This document shows positions 57,244-64,000 of a stretch of DNA of 64,000 nt, piece by piece. The stretch covers positions 517,812 through 581,811 of the forward strand of contig RQSC01000026.1 of assembly GCA_013416795.1 (NCBI GenBank), given 5' to 3'. Every line of letters starts with the position of its first letter. Within the stretch, counting starts at the first letter, position 1. A model generated the notes under the pieces. The model was not told the origin of the DNA and made no database searches. It was given only the letters and a program-made list of their open reading frames with translations. This stretch comes from Prasinococcaceae sp. CCMP 1430. Lineage: Eukaryota; Plantae; Prasinodermophyta. The position numbers were made by a program, and so were the translations under genes.

Positions 57244-58419
57244 ATGGGCGGCGGCGGCGAGGCGGAGATCCCGCAGGACCCGCTGCTGGTGCTGCGGAGC
57301 AAGATCTCCCTCGCGGCGCTGTGCGGTGACGCGGCCCGGGCCCGGGCGCTCGCGGCGGAGATCACGGCAGAGTGCGAGGCAGGGGCGCGGGCGGGGGTGT
57401 ACGAACGTGCGACGCGTGAGCTCGGGCTGGACGCCGATGCGGCGCTCATCGCGCGCATGCGTGCTGCCAATACCGCCAAGCTCGCAGAGATGGACGCGAA
57501 GATTGCCGACGCTGAGGAGAACCTGGGCGACTCCGAGGTGCGCGAGGCGCTGCTCGCCAAGGCGGAGTACCTTCTGGGCGTAAATGGTGGTGGCGAGGAG
57601 GCCGAGAAGGCGCTCAAGGCGTGCGCGGATAAAACGGTGGCTGTGGGCCACAAGATCGATATGGAGCTGTCTTGCATCCGCGCAGCGTACTTCGCACTCG
57701 ACATAGAGGGTGCCAAGGAGCACATCGAGCTGGCGAAGAAGTTGTTCGCCGAGGGTGGCGGCGACTGGGAGCGCAAGAACCGCCTGAAGGTGTATGAGGG
57801 TCTCTTCCTGCTCATGGCCAGGAAATTCGACAAGTCCGCGGACCTCTTGCTGGACTCAATAGCCACCTTCACATCCACAGAGCTGCTCCCGTACGAGACG
57901 TTCGTCTCGTATACGATCATCACCGCCATCTTCACCCTTGAGCGCATGCGTCTCAAGAAGAAGGTCGTCGACGCCCCCGAGGTGCTCGCTGTGAGCTCCA
58001 AGATCCCCAATGTGGCGCAGATGCTCAACGCGTTCTACGAGTGCAGGTATTGCGACTTCATGGTGGCGTTCGCGGCGGTCATTGACGAGGTCAAGCTCGA
58101 CCCTTACCTCAGCAGGCACAGCAGGTACTTCGTGCGAGAGGCGCGCGTGGCTGTGTATTCGCAGTACCTCGCCAGCTACCAGAGCGTGACCGTGACTTCG
58201 ATGGCGAGCGCATTCGGCGTGTCGACCGAGTTCCTGGACGGCGAGCTGAGCAGCTTCATTGCGGCTGGGCGCCTGTCGGCGAAGATAGACAAGGTCGCGG
58301 GCATTATCACGACTAGTCGCGCGGACATCAAGACGGGCAACTTCAACAAGGTGATCAAGGAGGGCGACGCGCTACTCAATGACGTCGCGAAGCTGAGGGC
58401 CATGACCAGCGCGGACTGA
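57244..58419 (+). CDS. RPN7: 26S proteasome lid subunit RPN7 (PSMD6)
   Basis: AEENLGDSEVREA, GGDWERKNRLKVYEG, LLLDSIATFTSTEL, YFVREAR, QYLASYQSVT, GRLSAKIDKVAG. Confidence 0.97.
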   Translation: MGGGGEAEIPQDPLLVLRSKISLAALCGDAARARALAAEITAECEAGARAGVYERATRELGLDADAALIARMRAANTAKLAEMDAKIADAEENLGDSEVREALLAKAEYLLGVNGGGEEAEKALKACADKTVAVGHKIDMELSCIRAAYFALDIEGAKEHIELAKKLFAEGGGDWERKNRLKVYEGLFLLMARKFDKSADLLLDSIATFTSTELLPYETFVSYTIITAIFTLERMRLKKKVVDAPEVLAVSSKIPNVAQMLNAFYECRYCDFMVAFAAVIDEVKLDPYLSRHSRYFVREARVAVYSQYLASYQSVTVTSMASAFGVSTEFLDGELSSFIAAGRLSAKIDKVAGIITTSRADIKTGNFNKVIKEGDALLNDVAKLRAMTSAD

Positions 58420-58494
58420 CCGCTGGTCACTGTAAATACTGTGATCCTGTCTGGTGGTGGTAGTCTTACGTAGTGTACAACGATGCAGTCGTTC

Positions 58495-60060
58495 CTACCC
58501 CTTGCTGCTGGGCTCCCCCTGCACGCCCGGCCGTGTGTCCTCCAGCAGCTGTCGCATCGACTTGCCGCACTTGCCGTCCGCAACACGCACCCTGCGCTCG
58601 TCGCTGGCGAGCCCAAGGAGATGCTCGTGGTCGGCTTCCAGCTCACTAAGGCGGTCCGCCAGGTCGTCACACTTGGCAGTCAGCGAAGCCTCGCGCTGGG
58701 CGGCTTCGGCGGACTTCTCTTCTAGCACGTCGGTGAGGCGTCCGACCTCAGCCTCGGCGGCAGCGCGCCCGGCCTCCTCGGCCTCAATGGTCTCGAGCAG
58801 GGACTCTTGCTTGGCTTTGTTGACGGCGAGGTCTGCCTCTGCCTGCTCCTTGAGCGCGTTGGCCTGGTCGGCTGACTGTCTTGCGGCGTCCTCAAGCTCC
58901 TTGGCGGCGGTAGCGGCTGCATGTGCGTGCGCTGCATCAGCGATTGCCGAAGCGCTCGAGGTCTCAAGCGCATCGATTGTGCCTGCCTGCGTGGCGGTGA
59001 GCTCCTCGAGCTCAGAGAGGCGGCCTTTGGCCTGCGCGAGCTCCTCGTCACGCTTTTGGAGGCGCTCCTCCGTCGCTGTCAGCGTCGCGTTCACCTTGTC
59101 GTAGACATTCGTCAGCTCCCATATGCGCCGGGATTGCTCTGAGAGTTTGATAGGCAATCCCGCCATCTCGGTTACCTCATGCTCGGCACGCCTGCGGCGC
59201 GTGCTCTCGTCGCGCAGGCGTGCATCGAGCTCTCTTGCATGCGCCGCGTGCTCGGCGGCGTCCTTGGCGCTGGCGCGCGCACCCTCCTCAGAGATGAGGA
59301 GCTGGTCGCGTGCACCGCGCAATTGCGCGTTGAGCATGTCGCACATGGCCTCGGCTGCGTCGCGCTCCGCCGATGCTGAACGCACACGGTCGGCGAGTTC
59401 AGCCATCGTGGCCTCGCTCTCGCGCAGCAGCACTGTCAAATCGCCACCGAACGCTACCTTGAGACGCGCCTCCGCCTGCGACGCGAAGATGGTCCAGATT
59501 TTTGCGAGCAGCGTGCGCGGGTCCTCCGCCGCTGACAGCAGCTCGCTCACCAGGGAGTGAAACCCAGCTGTGTAAAACTCGACCATCCGCTGGATGCGAT
59601 CGAGATTCTGCACTGCGAGACCGGCGCGCCGCAGGTCGTCCTCGGACAGCGTGACACACGGCGCGCCGTCGGGAGCACCTCCGCAGTCGCCAGCTAGCGC
59701 GGCTGCCAGGCGCTCAGAGCGGCGCGAGTGGATGGAGGGAAGGCGGCCCGAGTGGTTTCCGCCGCCTTGAGCGGCACCACCGCTTCGATTGCCACTGCTA
59801 CCGTCTGCTTTCTGGGTGGCCGCGTGGCCGCCCCTGCCGCTGCCGCTCGCCAAGTTCAGCCCACTCGTCGTCTTCTTGGTTGGAAGGCGAAAGCTAGGCG
59901 CGTCCTGCGGCTCCCACGCGCTCAACATTGAGGTGTGTGAGCCCTTGCCCGCACCGCCCGTGGTGCTGAGCGACGCTGCCTGGAGGTCGCGCAGGTGATT
60001 TCCCAGGCGAAAGAGGTCGCGCGGCCGCGCCACTGCCGCCGCGCCGCCGCCGCCTGCCAT
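58495..60060 (-). CDS. Uncharacterised coiled-coil protein (~520 aa)
   Basis: Open frame from ATG 60060 with a low-complexity N-terminus, a globular segment (LDRIQRMVEFYTAGFHSLVSEL...LLAKIW) and a long heptad region. Confidence 0.7.
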   Translation of the reverse strand: MAGGGGAAAVARPRDLFRLGNHLRDLQAASLSTTGGAGKGSHTSMLSAWEPQDAPSFRLPTKKTTSGLNLASGSGRGGHAATQKADGSSGNRSGGAAQGGGNHSGRLPSIHSRRSERLAAALAGDCGGAPDGAPCVTLSEDDLRRAGLAVQNLDRIQRMVEFYTAGFHSLVSELLSAAEDPRTLLAKIWTIFASQAEARLKVAFGGDLTVLLRESEATMAELADRVRSASAERDAAEAMCDMLNAQLRGARDQLLISEEGARASAKDAAEHAAHARELDARLRDESTRRRRAEHEVTEMAGLPIKLSEQSRRIWELTNVYDKVNATLTATEERLQKRDEELAQAKGRLSELEELTATQAGTIDALETSSASAIADAAHAHAAATAAKELEDAARQSADQANALKEQAEADLAVNKAKQESLLETIEAEEAGRAAAEAEVGRLTDVLEEKSAEAAQREASLTAKCDDLADRLSELEADHEHLLGLASDERRVRVADGKCGKSMRQLLEDTRPGVQGEPSSKG

Positions 60061-60201
60061 CGCGCGCGCGAGCGCGCAACGCGCCNNAGCGCGCGGCCGG
60101 CGCGCGGCGCCTTGCGCGGCTGCGGCCGGGAAGGCGAGGAGCGTGGGTCCGCCCGCGGCGACCCCCCGCCCGGAGGGCACCACGCCGCGCGCGGGGCGGA
60201 G

Positions 60202-60978
60202 ATGCGCGCGAAACGCACGCGCGACGCGCGGCGCGTCGCGCGGCAGGTGCGCACCCGCTTCGGCCTGCTGCCGCCGTTCAAGGTGCTCGTGGATGGGGGG
60301 GTCGTGGAGGAGGCGCTCAAGCGCAGGCTCGGCGCGCTGCAGGACGTCTTTGCCAAGTTCTTGGGCTGCGTGGCCACGCCGTGCGTCACCAAGTGCGTGC
60401 TCAACGAGCTACGCGAGCAGAGTGACGCGGGTGACCGCGGCACCTTCATCGCCGCCCGGCGACTCCAGTGCCTCAGGTGCCCGTGCAGCACCAAGCCCGT
60501 GGGTGCGCACGAGTGCATGCGCGCCATGGTTGGGGACTCCAACCCCGAGGGACTTTTCGTCGCCTCACAGAACCGCGAGCTGCGCAATGCTCTCTCAAGA
60601 GTGCGCGCCACGCCAACCATGTTCCTGGGCAAGCACGGCCTGGTGCTGCCGCGACTCTCTGACGCCCAGCTCGGCGCCGCGGCTGAGGAGCACGCCATTG
60701 CCGCGGGGCTCTCGGCGGTCGACAAGAAGGCCGTCATGGATGCACAGAGGGCCGCCGCGGAGGCTGCCGTGGCGAACGAGCGCACCTTCAAGAAGAAGGC
60801 CAAGGGCCCAAACCCATTGGCAGTCAAGAAGAAGGTTGCCAAGCCTGTTCAGCAGCAGCAGCAACAACAGGCACAGGCGCCTGCCAAGAGGAAGAGGACT
60901 CGCAAGAGGAGGCGCGGGGGGGGCAAGTCGCAGCCAGACGCCGCCGGCGTTTCTGTCGCCGACGTGGGGGAGGAGTGA
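60202..60978 (+). CDS. UTP23: SSU processome PIN-domain protein UTP23
   Basis: RFGLLPPFKVLVDG, TKCVLNEL, VGDSNPEGLFVASQ, KKKAKGPNPLAVKKK. Confidence 0.93.
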   Translation: MRAKRTRDARRVARQVRTRFGLLPPFKVLVDGGVVEEALKRRLGALQDVFAKFLGCVATPCVTKCVLNELREQSDAGDRGTFIAARRLQCLRCPCSTKPVGAHECMRAMVGDSNPEGLFVASQNRELRNALSRVRATPTMFLGKHGLVLPRLSDAQLGAAAEEHAIAAGLSAVDKKAVMDAQRAAAEAAVANERTFKKKAKGPNPLAVKKKVAKPVQQQQQQQAQAPAKRKRTRKRRRGGGKSQPDAAGVSVADVGEE

Positions 60979-61398
60979 AAGGACGACCCGCTCGCTCCTT
61001 CAGCAGCGCCTGTGCAGACGCTGAGCCTCCGGAGCGGCGGAGTCGATCGGGCCGCCGGCACACTGTTGTTCCAACGCGCGCTAGGCGCCCGCGCGTACGC
61101 ATCTGCGCACGCACTCGCGCAAGCGCGCATGCACGCGGGCGTGCCGTCTCGCGGCGGTGCGCTCGCGATTGTAATTCTACGCAAAGTACACTTCATTTCC
61201 TCGCGCTCGCGCGGCGATTTCCTTGGCAGGGGTGGCGCACGGGCGTGAGCAGCGGCGAAACCAGGACGACTCGCGCGCCAGCACCTCGGCAGCCCACGAG
61301 CACCGGCCAGCACACGTCTGACAAACCGGGGGCGTGGCTCGTGCCATGCTCATCCGCGCCGCAGCCTTCTCCGCTCCTTTTGTCCTCGGCCATCCCCT

Positions 61399-61983
61399 TC
61401 AAAGTTTGCTCTTCTTGGTCTCCTCCTCCGCCTTGGCAGCAAACGGCAGCTCGCAGTCCGTATCACACTGAGCCATCTCAGCTTCCGGCTCGGCGACAGT
61501 CAAGTTATTAGCCGCCGCGGCCGCCGCGGCGAGCTGCCGCCCGCCTGGCATCCATCGCGAGATGGTGTGGCGGTGGCGCGAGATGATGGCGTAGGCTCCC
61601 GCCACGAGCCAGCGGAAGAGGGGCGTGCGCAGCAGCGCCACGAGCCACCCCAGGCCGACGGCAGCGTACGCCGAGAGGACGGCGTCGGGTCCCTTCACGA
61701 TGGAGACAGCCATGCCGTCGTTGATCATCGAGCCGTCCTCCTGCGCGACGAGCGTGTGGAAGGTGTCGAGCGCGTCCTGCCTTGCGACGCCGGCGCCGTG
61801 GCTCCACGCATCGTATGAGGGCGCCGCCACGTCTGCGAACGCCACGCGGCCGCGACCGGCGTCGAAGAGCGAGAGTAGGCGCTTGTTCGTCAGGCAGACC
61901 ATACACGCGCCGTCGTACAGCACCTTGGCTCGCCACTGCGCGGTTGCCGCGCCGCGCCCCGCCGCGCCGCCCGCCGCGGCCAT
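61399..61983 (-). CDS. DCC1-like thiol-disulfide oxidoreductase (DUF393)
   Basis: KVLYDGACMVC (DxxCxxC), GPDAVLSAYAAVGLGW, YAIISRHR. Confidence 0.88.
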   Translation of the reverse strand: MAAAGGAAGRGAATAQWRAKVLYDGACMVCLTNKRLLSLFDAGRGRVAFADVAAPSYDAWSHGAGVARQDALDTFHTLVAQEDGSMINDGMAVSIVKGPDAVLSAYAAVGLGWLVALLRTPLFRWLVAGAYAIISRHRHTISRWMPGGRQLAAAAAAANNLTVAEPEAEMAQCDTDCELPFAAKAEEETKKSKL

Positions 61984-62610
61984 GCGTGCGCCGACACACA
62001 CGCGCACACACGCGCCCCCCCTCCCCTCACCCCCCACGCGCAGCGCCCCGCCTGCCGCGCGCTCTGTGGCAGGTCGCCCCGCGGATATGTACGCACACAC
62101 AGGATCGCGCGAGCCGAGATTTTTCATCGCGCATATCATCCCTTTCTCCCGCAGGGGCCTTCCTCGGAATCCCACGGAATCCAATAGGGAATCCATGTGT
62201 AAGTTACAAAGCGCGGCGGTCGCGTACGCGCGCGAGCCACGCCCGCGAGGCGTCGGGGTTCCGCCCCGGGCGCGCTACGGCGCGGCGCGCGCGCGGCGCC
62301 ACGCGCCGGCCGTGTGGCGGGCCCCCGCGGCGCCGCTCGTGGCACCGGGTTGGAGTGCTCCGGTGCGTCGCCGCCGCTTTGGGATGAGGCTGGGCCTTCC
62401 CACACGCGCCACGACAAAACGCATCGAGGAGCATACTGTAAACCCTGATTTAAAGCTGTACGATGGTATGCACAGTAATTGAGGGAAGGGGCGAGACGTA
62501 CCCCAAACGCAAAACCTTTTCTCTGTCGCGTCGCGTCGCGCCGCCGGCGCTGACGGCTGAACGGCGGCTGGCTGCGCGGCCGCCACGGGGCGAAGCGCGC
62601 GGACGAGCAG

Positions 62611-63495
62611 GCGCGCGCGGCGCGCGGCGGCGATGGCGGCGACGACGGTGACGGCATGTACGAGGACGCCGAAGGCAATCCGATACCCCAGGGCGACGCC
62701 CCCCAGGGCGGCGCGGACGGCGGTGCCGACCTGGGCTTCGACGACCCCTTCTTCATGAACGTCGATGACGGCGTCGACCCCTTCGCGGCAGATGCTGGAA
62801 AGGGCGCCAAGGGCAACAAGAAGGCCAAGGGTGGCAAGAAGAACAGGAAGAGGGGCGCGGAGGGTGGGGGAGACGACTCAGGCGAGGATGGCGCGGGCGA
62901 TGAGGCGGCGCGGCAGAAGCGCGCCGAGCTCGAGCTTCTCCTGATGGACGACAATGCGCTGCGCATGTCGGCGCGAGGTGTGTCAGCGGGCATGGCGAGC
63001 GCAGTGGCGGGCGGCGCCGCCGCCGATGGCGGCGAGGCGGGCGAGCGGCTGAGCCGCAAGGAGCGTCAGCGCCTGAAAAAGCAGCGGCGACGCTCGCAGC
63101 TCGCGGAGAACGACTCCGACGGCGAGGCCGAGGCCGCTGAGGACGGCTTCAAGGTGAACGTGGAGGACAGCCGCTTCGGCGCGCTGCTCAGCCGCCCCGA
63201 GTTCGCGCTCGACCCCACCAACCCGCGCTTCGACCCCAAGAGCGCGCTCTCCCAGGAGGTCAGCGCGGCGCGCAGGCGCCGGGACGCACGCGAGGCTGCG
63301 CGCGAGGCAGGTGCGCGCGCGCCTGGCAAGAAGGGCGGCGCGAGGGGCGGCAAGAGTGGCGGGGAATCCGACAAGCTGCGCGCAGCTCGAGAGGCCGTCG
63401 CCGCCGCCGAGGCGGCGGCAGCAGCCAAGAAGAGCGGCATGAGCAGCATGGTGAAGAACCTCAAGCGCAAGATGGCCGGCCGCGCCCAATACTGA
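62611..63495 (+). CDS. ESF1: ESF1-like C-terminal region with NUC153 domain; upstream exon(s) not located
   Basis: GFDDPFF, RAELELLLMDD, FKVNVEDSRFGALLSRPEFALDPTNPRF (NUC153). GCTGAC at ~62549 suggests a preceding intron. Confidence 0.7.
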   Translation, partial: ARAARGGDGGDDGDGMYEDAEGNPIPQGDAPQGGADGGADLGFDDPFFMNVDDGVDPFAADAGKGAKGNKKAKGGKKNRKRGAEGGGDDSGEDGAGDEAARQKRAELELLLMDDNALRMSARGVSAGMASAVAGGAAADGGEAGERLSRKERQRLKKQRRRSQLAENDSDGEAEAAEDGFKVNVEDSRFGALLSRPEFALDPTNPRFDPKSALSQEVSAARRRRDAREAAREAGARAPGKKGGARGGKSGGESDKLRAAREAVAAAEAAAAAKKSGMSSMVKNLKRKMAGRAQY

Positions 63496-63697
63496 GGCGA
63501 CGCCTTTCGAATGTTAGTGTACAGACATTACAGTGCCCCGTGGACCCTCGTGTACATGCACAGGCGGTCGCCCTGCTACATCTCTCTCTCTGCCTTTCTC
63601 TCTAGACGATCCGCCTGCTGGCACTCTCACTTCGTGAGCGCGCGCTTGCGCTTGCGCGTGTGCAAGTGCGTGTTTGTGTGCAAGAGCGCGTGCGGCC

Positions 63698-64000
63698 TCA
63701 GTGGCCCGCCGCTGTGTGGACAGCGTCCGCGGCCTCAGTCGCGGCGCTGACGATGTCCTCGAGCCCGCTGACGGTGTAGTAGCCGCCAAGCTGCGCGAGG
63801 ATGCCTTTGCCCGTGGCGAGCTCATTCACGAGTGCGCACGTCACGCCCACCATTGCGAGCCGCCCGTTGAGTCGCTCGCCCGAGAGCATGCCGGAGAGGT
63901 CGTCGTACGCGCCCTTTTCCTGCACCTCGACGCGCGCGTCCGCCTTGGCCGCCGCCGGCGTCACCATGCGCGGCCCGCCGCGCGGCCCGCCCGGCGCAGC
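63698..64000 (-). CDS. LHC-like one-helix protein (OHP/HLIP type); transit peptide runs off the window
   Basis: ERLNGRLAMVG...ELATGKGILAQL chlorophyll-binding helix motif. Confidence 0.88.
   Translation of the reverse strand, partial: AAPGGPRGGPRMVTPAAAKADARVEVQEKGAYDDLSGMLSGERLNGRLAMVGVTCALVNELATGKGILAQLGGYYTVSGLEDIVSAATEAADAVHTAAGH

Noticed and set aside
1-64000. Prokaryotic operon, prophage or horizontally acquired island; tRNA/rRNA genes
   Set aside because: Bacterial-like enzymes (folC, purC, hisD, sufS, yidD) mostly carry spliceosomal introns or targeting leaders and are interspersed with eukaryote-specific genes. No integrase, TIR/LTR, cloverleaf or rRNA-like sequence was recognised.

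Overview
Gene-dense, very GC-rich eukaryotic nuclear DNA from a green alga. Evidence: short GT-AG introns with a recurrent GCTGAC branch point, plastid-targeted proteins (ClpD, fibrillin, SufS, YidD, LHC-like one-helix protein) and telo-boxes. A prasinophyte-grade alga such as Prasinoderma is my inference only. About 30 protein-coding genes are supported, mostly housekeeping: folC, MTR4, TIMELESS, BLD10/CEP135, THUMP methyltransferase, purC, ALADIN, galactokinase, amino-acid transporter, CLPD, SUFS, SCAI, HISD, RPS27, PRP19, RPN7, UTP23 and a C-terminal ESF1 segment. No rRNA, tRNA, CRISPR array or recognisable transposon was seen. The assembly has 8 N-gaps, and the first ~6.2 kb is a mosaic of gene fragments: an NRPS-like A-PCP-ankyrin gene, a CAMK-type kinase, a WD40 array and a split folC. 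Best leads: (1) an exact 126-bp-period WD40 array with variation concentrated at a few propeller positions, resembling fungal HET-E/NWD immune-receptor repeats; (2) a spliced linker-histone-H1 globular domain-FKBP fusion; (3) an SLC35C2-like transporter with N-terminal IQ motifs; (4) a YidD-like gene whose stop lies 13 nt from the ATG of a YqaJ exonuclease (candidate bicistron); (5) the NRPS-like A-PCP-ankyrin protein; (6) an apparent head-to-head coding overlap of SUFS and SCAI. All family calls come from motif recognition by eye; no database search was run.
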